NCBI GenBank assembly: GCA_964636875.1
Contig: CAZWTB010000100.1
Location: 1 to 40,202 of the forward strand
Reading direction: 5' to 3'
Origin: an uncultured Thermodesulfatator sp.
Lineage (GTDB): Bacteria > Desulfobacterota > Thermodesulfobacteria > Thermodesulfobacteriales > Thermodesulfobacteriaceae
Length of the DNA: 40,202 nucleotides
The notes beneath the pieces are model-generated. The model saw nothing but the letters and a program-made list of their open reading frames with translations, was not told where the DNA came from and searched no databases. Each line of letters opens with the position of its first letter. Positions within the stretch are counted from its first letter, which is position 1. This document shows positions 9,547 to 18,017 of this stretch, piece after piece. Made by a program: the position numbers and the translations under genes.

Positions 9547-12283
9547 GTTCTTTCTCCTTTAAGTGTCTTCCACAACATTTTTTATATTTTTTACCACTGC
9601 CACACGGACAGGGATCGTTTCTACCCACCTTCTTAACCCTTACAGGGGTCTGTTTCTCATTGTTCTCTTCACCAAAAACATCCTCTCTTTTATACTTCAT
9701 CTTCTTTTTTCTCTTTTTGTTTTCTTCAAACTCTACATTAAGCTCTTCTTCAGGTTCCTCTCTTATTTCTATCCTGTAAAGATAAGAAAGAGTTATTTCT
9801 TTAATTCTCTTCAAAAGATTTACAAAAAGATGAAAGGCTTCTTTTTTATACTCCTGAAGAGGATCCTTCTGTCCATATCCCCTTAATCCAACACTCTCTC
9901 TTAAGTGATCCAGAGTAAGAAGGTGATCCTTCCACAGAGCATCTATGGTAGTAAGAAGAAAATACTTTTCCAGATTTCTCATATTATCAGGTCCTATAAC
10001 CTTTTCTTTTTCTTCATATCTATTTAAAGCGGTTTCTTTTAACTTTTTAACTATTCCCTCTTTTCTTAATTCTCCATTAAGATTTGCTTCACAGGCAAAA
10101 ATTTCTCTAAATCTGTTTTTTATATTTTCCACATCTTCTTTTTCTATTCTCTTTGGATCCGCAATACTTTCTTCTACAATCTCCTCACAAAGTTCTTCTA
10201 TCATAGAGGTTATCCAGGGTTTTATAGAATCACTTTTTAAAATCTCTTTTCTCTGGGAATAAATGGTTTCTCTCTGCTGGTTCATTACATCGTCGTATTC
10301 GAGAAGATATTTTCTTATTTCGAAATTATAAGCTTCTACCTTTTTTTGAGCCTGTTCTATTGCTTTACTGAGCCAGGGATGTTCCAGTGGTTCACCTTCT
10401 GGAAGCCCAAGTTTTTCCATAAAGTTTTGAAGTTTTTCAGAACCAAAAAGTCTCAGAAGATCATCTTCCAGAGAAAGAAAGAATCTTGAGGCACCTGGAT
10501 CACCCTGCCTTCCTGCTCTTCCTCTAAGCTGATTATCTATTCTTCTTGATTCGTGTCTTTCTGTTCCTATTATATAAAGTCCTCCCAGTTTTTTAACCTT
10601 TTCGGCATCCTTTTGACATTCTTTTACCTTTTCATACAAAACCTCTGCCCAGTATTCTTTATATTTTGTAGTAGGATCTATTCCCTGTTTTGCCATATTA
10701 AGAGCGTCGTTCCAGGCTCTTTCATCAATTTCAGAAAGATCGTATCCTTCTGCTTCAAGCTGAGCCTTTGCAAGTCCCTCTGGATTTCCTCCAAGCAGAA
10801 TATCAACTCCTCTACCAGCCATGTTCGTCGCAATTGTAACAGTGTGGGATCTACCTGCCTGTGCAATTATTGCAGCTTCTTTTTCGTGATACTTTGCATT
10901 TAATACCTGGTGAGGAATCTTCTTCTTCCTGAGCATTCGTGAAAGAAGTTCGCTCTTTTCAATACTTGTAGTTCCTACAAGAACCGGCCTTCCTTCTTTA
11001 TAGCACTTCTCTATTTCTTCAACCACTTTTTCAAATTTCTCCTTCTGTGTTCTAAATACTACATCAGGATAGTCTTTTCTTATCATGGGTTTGTGAGTCG
11101 GAATTACAACTACATCAAGATTGTAAATCTCCTTAAATTCTGCTGCTTCTGTTTCAGCAGTTCCCGTCATTCCAGCAAGTTTCTCATACATTCTAAAGTA
11201 GTTTTGAATAGTTATCATGGCAAGTGTCTGATTTTCTGCCTCAATTCTCACTCTTTCCTTGGCTTCAATAGCCTGGTGAAGTCCATCACTCCATCTTCTC
11301 CCAGGCATAAGCCTTCCTGTAAATTCATCAACTATTATAACTTTCCCATCCTTTACAACATAATCCACATCTCTTTTAAAAAGATGGTGAGCTCTTATTG
11401 CCTGATGAATATGGTGAATAAGTCTTACATATCTTGGATTGTAAAGATTTTTTATCCCGAGAAGCTTTTCACACTCAGCAATTCCTTCTTCAGTAAGAGT
11501 CGCATTTTTGGATTTCTCATCAAGAGTAAAATGAATATCCTTTTTTAATTTCCTTACAATTTCATCTATGTAATAATAAAGTTCAGTTGATTCCTCAGAA
11601 GGACCGGAAATAATAAGAGGTGTTCTCGCTTCATCTATAAGAATAGAATCAACCTCGTCTATTATTGCATAATAATGTCCCCTCTGAACCATATCTTCAA
11701 GAGAATATTTCATGTTATCTCTAAGATAATCAAAACCAAATTCGCTATTTGTTCCATAGGTTATATCACAATCATAAGCTTTTTTTCTTTCACTATCATC
11801 CATTCCAGAAACTATGTATCCTACAGATAAACCGAGAAATCTGTAAACAGGACCCATCCATTCAGCATCTCTTTTGGCAAGATAATCATTTACAGTAACA
11901 ATATGAACCCCTTTTCCAGTAAGAGCATTGAGATATGCTGGAAGAGTTGCAACCAGGGTTTTTCCCTCACCTGTCTTCATCTCTGCAATTTTACCCTGGT
12001 GAAGAACAATGCCTCCCATAAGCTGAACATCAAAGTGTCTCATTCCAAGGATGCGCCTGGCAGCTTCTCTTACCACTGCAAAAGCTTCTGGAAGTAAATC
12101 ATCAAGAGACTCCCCTTTGGCAAGTCTTTCTTTAAATTCAACAGTTTTTTTGGCAAGATCTGCATCAGAAAGTTTTTGAATCCTTGGTTCCAGTTCGTTT
12201 ATCCTGTTAATTATGGGTTTGAGTTTTTTAAGTTCTCTTTCATTTTTAGTCCCTATTATCTTAGCAAGAACCTTTCCCAGCAT
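9527..12283 (-). CDS. secA: Preprotein translocase subunit SecA
   Basis: [40 protein letters not shown] and the C-terminal SEC-C motif [18 protein letters not shown]. Confidence 0.99.
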   Translation of the reverse strand: MLGKVLAKIIGTKNERELKKLKPIINRINELEPRIQKLSDADLAKKTVEFKERLAKGESLDDLLPEAFAVVREAARRILGMRHFDVQLMGGIVLHQGKIAEMKTGEGKTLVATLPAYLNALTGKGVHIVTVNDYLAKRDAEWMGPVYRFLGLSVGYIVSGMDDSERKKAYDCDITYGTNSEFGFDYLRDNMKYSLEDMVQRGHYYAIIDEVDSILIDEARTPLIISGPSEESTELYYYIDEIVRKLKKDIHFTLDEKSKNATLTEEGIAECEKLLGIKNLYNPRYVRLIHHIHQAIRAHHLFKRDVDYVVKDGKVIIVDEFTGRLMPGRRWSDGLHQAIEAKERVRIEAENQTLAMITIQNYFRMYEKLAGMTGTAETEAAEFKEIYNLDVVVIPTHKPMIRKDYPDVVFRTQKEKFEKVVEEIEKCYKEGRPVLVGTTSIEKSELLSRMLRKKKIPHQVLNAKYHEKEAAIIAQAGRSHTVTIATNMAGRGVDILLGGNPEGLAKAQLEAEGYDLSEIDERAWNDALNMAKQGIDPTTKYKEYWAEVLYEKVKECQKDAEKVKKLGGLYIIGTERHESRRIDNQLRGRAGRQGDPGASRFFLSLEDDLLRLFGSEKLQNFMEKLGLPEGEPLEHPWLSKAIEQAQKKVEAYNFEIRKYLLEYDDVMNQQRETIYSQRKEILKSDSIKPWITSMIEELCEEIVEESIADPKRIEKEDVENIKNRFREIFACEANLNGELRKEGIVKKLKETALNRYEEKEKVIGPDNMRNLEKYFLLTTIDALWKDHLLTLDHLRESVGLRGYGQKDPLQEYKKEAFHLFVNLLKRIKEITLSYLYRIEIREEPEEELNVEFEENKKRKKKMKYKREDVFGEENNEKQTPVRVKKVGRNDPCPCGSGKKYKKCCGRHLKEKEHEMSQV

Positions 12284-12371
12284 TTAAAAATGCCTCCCTT
12301 CCTATTAAAAATTCTATCCTTAATTTAATACTTTTTCAAAATAATACAAGTTTTTAAAATTTTAATAAACT

Positions 12372-12959
12372 TTACTTTTTTAAAACTTTTAAAATTGTAT
12401 GTGCAAATTTTCTGGCAGCAAAAGGACCACTTGCAGTAACTATTTTACCATCTACTTCGACTGGCTTACCGGTGTAAATAGCCCCGTTTTTTATAAGACA
12501 TTCCTTTGCTGAATACCAGACAGTTGCTCTTTTACCCTTTAAAACTCCTGCTTTTGCCAGAATACAGGGAGCAAGACATATTGCTCCCAGAACTTTGTGT
12601 TCTTTTAAAGCCTCTCTTACTATGTGGTGTAAAATCCTGTTGTTAAAATAAACCACAGAACCACTTCCACCTACAAGAACAATTGCTTTGTAATCCTTAA
12701 CTCTAACCTGTTTCAGAAGAAGTTCGGGTTTATAAAGTGCTCCGAGCATACCTCTGGCAGTTTTTAAAGACGATGATGCCACCACCACTTCATATCCATT
12801 ATCTTCGAAAATTCTCTTAGGAATAAAAAGTTCTTCATCCCGAAAATTATAGGGAGCTATTATCATCAGTATTCTTGCAGTGTTCATCTGTCCTGCAAAA
12901 CAATTAATTGGAAAAAAGTATATAATACATACCAAAACAAGTATCACCGCCCTCTTCAT
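12372..12959 (-). CDS. DJ-1/PfpI family protein with predicted signal peptide
   Basis: FRDEE, VGGSG, AICLAP (nucleophile Cys) and IVTASGP; N-terminal MKR-hydrophobic-CFA signal-like segment. Confidence 0.88.
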   Translation of the reverse strand: MKRAVILVLVCIIYFFPINCFAGQMNTARILMIIAPYNFRDEELFIPKRIFEDNGYEVVVASSSLKTARGMLGALYKPELLLKQVRVKDYKAIVLVGGSGSVVYFNNRILHHIVREALKEHKVLGAICLAPCILAKAGVLKGKRATVWYSAKECLIKNGAIYTGKPVEVDGKIVTASGPFAARKFAHTILKVLKK

Positions 12960-12984
12960 CTTTTCACCCCCTTTTTACAAAGTT

Positions 12985-13749
12985 TTATATATTTATTCTA
13001 ATCCAATTATAAAGATAACACAAACTTGCCAGAGAAAGAAAAGGACCAAAAGGAAGTTCATAGGTCAATCCATAATGTTTTTTTTCCTTTTTTCTAAAGA
13101 GTATAAGCAGTAAAAAAGCAATGATACCGAAAACAGAAGCAAGAAACAAAACAGTATAAAAACTTCTGTATCCCAGAAAAGATCCTATACCAGCCATTAA
13201 TTTATAATCCCCCATTCCCATTCCTTCTCTTTTTGAGAACTGATAGTAAAATTCGTTTATAAGAAATAAAAGCCCTGCTCCTGAGAAACTTGAGATAAGA
13301 CTCATTTTAAAATTTAAAAGGGGATTAATTCCCAGAAAACTAAATATCCAGCCAGCAACTATCAAAGATAAAGAAAGAGAATCCGGAATTTCTTTAATTT
13401 CAAGATCTATAAAAGAAAGAGGAATAAGAATAAGAGTATAAAAAGAATAAAATATAAAAGTGTCCAATCCATCTGCTTTTAAATAGGCATAGAGAAAGAG
13501 AATTGCAGTAATGAGTTCAACCAGAGGATATCTTAAAGAAATTTTTTCTTTACAATAAGCACATCTTCCTTTTAAAAAAACATAGGAAATAAGGGGTATA
13601 TTATGATACCATTTTAATTTTTTTTTACAGTGCGGACAATGAGAAGGAGGATAAACTATGGAAAGCCCCCTGCTCCATCTGTAAATTATTACATTAAAAA
13701 AACTACCCAGAGCAAGGCCGATTAAAAATAGAAAGAAATAGATCGTCAT
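12985..13749 (-). CDS. pilD: Type IV prepilin peptidase/N-methyltransferase
   Basis: GSFFNVIIYR, SHCPHC...RCAYC, GMGMGDYKL, LPFGPFL. Confidence 0.95.
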   Translation of the reverse strand: MTIYFFLFLIGLALGSFFNVIIYRWSRGLSIVYPPSHCPHCKKKLKWYHNIPLISYVFLKGRCAYCKEKISLRYPLVELITAILFLYAYLKADGLDTFIFYSFYTLILIPLSFIDLEIKEIPDSLSLSLIVAGWIFSFLGINPLLNFKMSLISSFSGAGLLFLINEFYYQFSKREGMGMGDYKLMAGIGSFLGYRSFYTVLFLASVFGIIAFLLLILFRKKEKKHYGLTYELPFGPFLSLASLCYLYNWIRINI

Positions 13750-13751
13750 TC

Positions 13752-14123
13752 TTATTTTTTGGTTTTTAAGGCTTCGGGTAAATGATCCATATTTTCTCTA
13801 TAAATCTTTTTTGCCTGTTCTATGTAAGAAAGTGCTTTAAGATAAAGTGCCCAGACTGCATTTAAATTTTTATCAACCTCAACAATCTCTATTCCCATGC
13901 CTGGTTCTTTTAAATCGTGTCTCACCACCAGTCCATAAATAGGGATAAGACCTATATCTGGAAGTTCGAGCTCAAAGTAAATAAGTCTTCCCTTAGGAAT
14001 AAGCTTATCGGTTTTTATAAAACAGCCTTTATAAGAGATATTGGTAACTTCATAGGGTTTTTCTTCTCCGGGGAAATAAGCTTTTAATTTTGCAAAACAC
14101 CTTGGGAATCTTCGCCAGTCCAT
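13752..14123 (-). CDS. Stand-alone PilZ-domain protein
   Basis: RRFPR (RxxxR) and NISYKG (D/NxSxxG) c-di-GMP-binding motifs, plus GMGIE. Confidence 0.88.
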   Translation of the reverse strand: MDWRRFPRCFAKLKAYFPGEEKPYEVTNISYKGCFIKTDKLIPKGRLIYFELELPDIGLIPIYGLVVRHDLKEPGMGIEIVEVDKNLNAVWALYLKALSYIEQAKKIYRENMDHLPEALKTKK

Positions 14124-15691
14124 TAACTTTCCTCTTGTAAAATTTTAAACACCCTGGGGAAGGTTTCTGCAACAAGGCTTGCAGGATAACCAAAGGGACC
14201 GTATTCTTCTGAAAGAAGTTTACCTGCAGTTCCGTGTATAAAAACTCCGAGGCATGCAGAGGTAAAAGCATCGTATCCCTGTGAGATCAAAGCACCTATG
14301 AGCCCTGCAAGCACATCTCCTGTTCCTCCCTGAGAAAGCCCTGGTTCATCTATGGAAGAAATGCCTTCCTGATCCTTACTGCATATTATAGAATGAGCTC
14401 CCTTTAAAATTACCACAGCTCCTGTCAGTTCTGCAAGTTTTTTAGTCCAGTAAAGCCTATCTTCTAGAAGTTCATTTTTGGAAATTTTTAAAAGTCTGAT
14501 TGCTTCTCCTGGATGAGGGGTTAGTATTTTTACACCAGAATAATTTTGTAAAATTTCTGGTTTTTCAGAAAGGAGGGTTAAGGCATCAGCATCTATTACA
14601 AGTGGGATGTTAATGCAGGAAAGAATTTCAAAAAAGAGATTTTTCATTTCTGAGCTTAGTCCAAGACCCGGTCCTATTACAAAAGCTGTTTTTTTGTGGG
14701 AAGCCTCTATGATTTTTGGAAGATCTTTAAGAGAAACTTCTCCATAGAAGTTTTCTTCCAGACCAAGGGTTAGAGCTTCTGGTAACATGGAGGCATAAAT
14801 TTTTTGTAAGGTTCTGGTTGAAGCAAGAGTAACAAGACCTGCACCACCTCTTAAAGCTCCAAGCCCTGCAAGATAACCTGCTCCACTTTTTCCCCTGCTT
14901 CCTGCCAGAACCAGAACATGTCCAAAGTTTCCTTTATGAACATATCCTTTTCTTCTTTTGAAAACACTTTTTGCCCATGCAAGATCTATGTAATATCTTG
15001 CAGGAGCATTTTTTTCTATAACTTCTGCAGGAAAACTGATAGGAACAAGTTCGAGCTTCCCTGTAAACTCTTTACCTGGATAAAAAATGTGTCCTATTTT
15101 AGGAAGTTCAAAACTAACTGTAAGATCCGCTTTTACTGCTGTGCCAAGAATTCTTCCTGTATTGGAACACACTCCAGAAGGAATGTCAACAGAAACCACC
15201 TTCCCTTTTTTTTCTTCTTTATATCTATTTATTAAATTAATTATCTCTGCAAAAAAACCCTCTACTTTTCTTTTTAAGCCTGTTCCAAATATGGCATCCA
15301 CAATTATTTCGGGTTTTTCACTCTCCAGGAGCTCTGACATTTCTGAAGAATCTTTTATTCTCCGAGGAATTATTTTAAGTTTTTTTATTATTTCAAGATT
15401 TAATTTAGCTTCTCCTTTGTATCTATCTTCATCACACAAAATCACAACTTTTATCTGATAACCTTTGCTTTTTAAATGTCTGGCACAGACCATACCATCT
15501 CCACCATTATTTCCCGGACCGCATACAATTAACACTCCTGGGAAATCTGCAGGAGGAAACATTTCCGAAAGTTTTTCACTTACTCCAACTCCTGCTCTTT
15601 CCATCAAAACTTCTGCTGGAATTCCTATTTCTTTTATAACTATAGAATCAAGCTTCTGCATTTCCCAACCTGAAACAACTCTTTTTAACAT
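14123..15691 (-). CDS. nnr: Bifunctional NAD(P)H-hydrate epimerase/dehydratase
   Basis: LMERAG, CGPGNNGGDG, VDAIFGTG, VDIPSG; HKGNFG, IDADAL, LTPHPGE, GGTGDVLAG. Confidence 0.96.
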   Translation of the reverse strand: MLKRVVSGWEMQKLDSIVIKEIGIPAEVLMERAGVGVSEKLSEMFPPADFPGVLIVCGPGNNGGDGMVCARHLKSKGYQIKVVILCDEDRYKGEAKLNLEIIKKLKIIPRRIKDSSEMSELLESEKPEIIVDAIFGTGLKRKVEGFFAEIINLINRYKEEKKGKVVSVDIPSGVCSNTGRILGTAVKADLTVSFELPKIGHIFYPGKEFTGKLELVPISFPAEVIEKNAPARYYIDLAWAKSVFKRRKGYVHKGNFGHVLVLAGSRGKSGAGYLAGLGALRGGAGLVTLASTRTLQKIYASMLPEALTLGLEENFYGEVSLKDLPKIIEASHKKTAFVIGPGLGLSSEMKNLFFEILSCINIPLVIDADALTLLSEKPEILQNYSGVKILTPHPGEAIRLLKISKNELLEDRLYWTKKLAELTGAVVILKGAHSIICSKDQEGISSIDEPGLSQGGTGDVLAGLIGALISQGYDAFTSACLGVFIHGTAGKLLSEEYGPFGYPASLVAETFPRVFKILQEES

Positions 15692-15790
15692 TTTATTCCT
15701 CCTGAAAGAATCATTAAAAAATTAGCTCTCTTTTAAGATTTTAAACGGATTTTTCAAATATTTCAAGCAAAAAGAAAATTTAAATATACT

Positions 15791-15818
15791 TTGCTTTAAT
15801 AAAATTTTGTTGTATATT
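15791..15818 (+). promoter_or_regulatory. Putative sigma70 promoter for dapL-folK
   Basis: TTGCTT-16 nt-TATATT about 43 nt upstream of the dapL ATG. Confidence 0.4.
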
Positions 15819-15861
15819 AAAAAAATCTTTTAGAGATAATTATTTAGAAGGAGGAGTAAAG

Positions 15862-17016
15862 ATGAAATTAGCAGATAGACTTTCTAAAATTCCTCCTTAT
15901 CTTTTTGTAGAACTTGATCGATTAAAAAATAAAAAATTAGAAGAGGGAGTAGATGTAATAGATCTTGGAATAGGAGATCCTGATCTTCCTACTCCTCGAG
16001 AAATTGTTGAAGTTGCTAAAAGCGCTCTTGAGAAACCGGAAAATCATAAATATCCTTCTAATGCCGGAAGTTTATTTTTTAGAAAAGCCTGTTTAAATTA
16101 TATGAAGAAAAGATTTGGGGTAAGTTTTACTGAAGACGAGGTTCTTGCTCTAATAGGTTCTAAAGAAGGGATAGCCCATCTTCCTGTGGCATTTGTAAAC
16201 AATGGAGATGTGGTGCTCTGTCCCGAACCAGCTTACCCGGTGTATCACCTTGGAGCCATTCTTACAGATGGTGAACCTTATTATATGCCCCTTAAGTGGG
16301 AAAATTCTTTTTTTCCAGAATTTGAAAAAATTCCAGAAGAAATTTTAGAAAGAGCAAAAATTTTGTGGTTAAATTATCCCAATAATCCTACAGGTGCTTC
16401 TGCTACCAGGGAATTTTTTAAAGAAGTAATAAAGTTCGCAAAAAAATACGACTTAATAGTGGCTCACGATGCTGCGTATATAGAACTTTACTTTGAAAAA
16501 CCTCCTATAAGTATTTTTGAGATTGATGAAGCAAAGAGCGTAGCTATAGAATTCCATAGTCTTTCTAAAACTTTTTGTATGACTGGATGGAGAATAGGTT
16601 TTGCAGTGGGAAAAAAAGAAATTATAAGTGCACTTGCTAAGGTAAAAAGTAATATAGATTCTGGAGTTTTTACAGCTATTCAGGAAGCAGGAGCATACGC
16701 TCTTTCAAATTTTGAAAAACTGGTAGCACCACTCAGAAATATTTTTAAGAAAAGAAGAGATGTAATGGCAAAAGAGCTGAAAAATCTCGGATATGAGTTT
16801 AAAATTCCAGAAGCAACTTTTTATCTCTGGGTAAAAACACCCCGAGAAATGAAATCACAGGAATTCTGTAAGAAAGTTCTTGAAGAAACAGGTATAGTAG
16901 TTACTCCAGGAATAGGGTTTGGAAATTCTGGAGAAGGCTATTTTAGAATAGCATTGACAGTGGAGGAAAAAAGATTGAAAGAAGCAGGAAAAAGATTATC
17001 CACCCTCAAGTTTTAA
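15862..17016 (+). CDS. dapL: LL-diaminopimelate aminotransferase (class I/II PLP aminotransferase)
   Basis: IPPYLF, DLGIGDPD, LIGSKEGIAH, NYPNNPTG, HDAAY, EFHSLSKTFCMTGWRIG. Confidence 0.88.
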   Translation: MKLADRLSKIPPYLFVELDRLKNKKLEEGVDVIDLGIGDPDLPTPREIVEVAKSALEKPENHKYPSNAGSLFFRKACLNYMKKRFGVSFTEDEVLALIGSKEGIAHLPVAFVNNGDVVLCPEPAYPVYHLGAILTDGEPYYMPLKWENSFFPEFEKIPEEILERAKILWLNYPNNPTGASATREFFKEVIKFAKKYDLIVAHDAAYIELYFEKPPISIFEIDEAKSVAIEFHSLSKTFCMTGWRIGFAVGKKEIISALAKVKSNIDSGVFTAIQEAGAYALSNFEKLVAPLRNIFKKRRDVMAKELKNLGYEFKIPEATFYLWVKTPREMKSQEFCKKVLEETGIVVTPGIGFGNSGEGYFRIALTVEEKRLKEAGKRLSTLKF

Positions 17017-17549
17017 AAAAAGTTGTTCTCGGACTTGGAACAAACATAGGAGATAAATTAAAAAATTTAAAATTAGCTCTTTTTTTGTTAAATCAACACG
17101 GTATTTTATGTAAGAAACTTTCTAAAATTTATTTAACAGCTCCCTGGGGATTTCAAAGTCCCAACTATTTTTATAATGCGGTAATGTTAGGAGAAACAGT
17201 GCTATCACCATGGGAATTAATTCTTACCTTAAAAAAAATAGAAATGATTATGGGAAGAAAATTAAATGATTTTTCTTACAAAAAATATAGAGATCGAATT
17301 ATAGACATAGACATAATTTTTTATGAAAACATTATAATAAAAAATAACTTTTTAAAAATTCCCCATCCTTTAATGTTAGAAAGAGCATTTGTTATGATTC
17401 CATCCTTAGAGATTATTCCTAACTGGGTTCATCCCGAGGTAAACAAAACTGTAAAACAACTTGTAGAAGAAAATAAAGAAATTTATTCCTATCAATATAT
17501 TAAACCCATTTTAGAAGCGGGCGAAACGCCTGATGAAGTGAAGACATAG
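17013..17549 (+). CDS. folK: 2-amino-4-hydroxy-6-hydroxymethyldihydropteridine diphosphokinase; true start non-canonical or uncertain (upstream of the track's 17085)
   Basis: In-frame KKVVLGLGTNIGDKLKNL at 17016-17069, then YLTAPWG, RIIDIDII and IPHPLMLERAFV. No ATG/GTG/TTG in frame between the stop at 16944-46 and 17085. Confidence 0.9.
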   Translation, partial: LKKVVLGLGTNIGDKLKNLKLALFLLNQHGILCKKLSKIYLTAPWGFQSPNYFYNAVMLGETVLSPWELILTLKKIEMIMGRKLNDFSYKKYRDRIIDIDIIFYENIIIKNNFLKIPHPLMLERAFVMIPSLEIIPNWVHPEVNKTVKQLVEENKEIYSYQYIKPILEAGETPDEVKT

Positions 17550-17626
17550 TGTAACCGAAGTAATGCAGATAAAGCACTTTTTAAATTTGTTATTGTCAAC
17601 AAGATCCGTATTAAGGATACCCCAGA

Positions 17627-17755
17627 TCAACTCCAATTTCCTTCCCCAAACCCTTTTGCCTCACTTATAGTCATTTCTCCTATTTCTACTTCAACCAAAG
17701 CTTCCTTTACTGCCTAAAGTTTAAAAGGCTTAATTATAGCTTCTATTTTTTTCAT
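17627..17755 (-). pseudogene. glnK: Nitrogen regulatory protein P-II (GlnK/GlnB) pseudogene
   Basis: Translates [41 protein letters not shown]. This is the P-II N-terminus with TAG at codon 14 (17714-17716) and loss of everything after GFG. GGAGG RBS at 17766-17770. glnK versus glnB is not resolvable. Confidence 0.92.
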
Positions 17756-17806
17756 TTTGCATCCGCCTCCTGCTTATGTGGTTTTTGTTTCTCAACTTTT
17801 ATTTTA

Positions 17807-17821
17807 ACAAAATTTACGCCA
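17807..17821 (-). promoter_or_regulatory. Degenerate sigma54 (-24/-12) promoter of the P-II pseudogene
   Basis: Minus strand TGGCGTAAATTTTGT versus consensus TGGCACGNNNNTTGC: GG-N10-G(C>T) spacing is exact and it sits about 50 nt upstream of the P-II ATG. Confidence 0.6.
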
Positions 17822-17946
17822 GAAATATTACATATCGAAATCCAAGAAAATATCCCCATACAGACCAAACCATTTTTATGATTATTGTTAACAAATTTGC
17901 AAAATTGTAAGCATTTTTTAAACCAAAATTTGTTCCACCTTTTAAC

Positions 17947-17975
17947 TTGACACTGAATAACGAGGGTGTTAATAT
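17947..17975 (+). promoter_or_regulatory. Sigma70 promoter heading the dsbC...argA gene run
   Basis: TTGACA-17 nt-TAATAT with extended -10 TG. Confidence 0.75.
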
Positions 17976-18017
17976 AAGAAGTATCCATAAAATTCTTTCA
18001 AAAAAGGAGGCGTAAAA

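Noticed and set aside
10620-10780. Insertion in SecA (possible intein)
   Set aside because: It falls in the known variable subdomain after LGGN, is short, and lacks intein C/S...HN ends.
17008-17021. Programmed frameshift making a DapL-FolK fusion at GTTTTAAAAAAA
   Set aside because: folK is in the -1 frame, but the run is not phased as X XXY YYZ before the stop, and a +1 slip on TTT-T enters the wrong frame. Non-canonical initiation is simpler.
17520-17560. Hammerhead ribozyme (GAAA and CTGATGA) or group I intron S element (AAGACATAGTG)
   Set aside because: The core motifs are too close together or in the wrong arrangement, with no stems I-III. No matching P/Q/R intron elements were found.
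17714-17716. TAG read-through (pyrrolysine) in P-II
   Set aside because: The gene is also truncated and drifted, and no pyl genes are present; a simple nonsense mutation explains it.
17752-17988. 78-aa minus-strand ORF in the track
   Set aside because: No recognisable motif or RBS. It overlies the sigma70 and sigma54 promoter elements and the P-II RBS, so it is most likely spurious.
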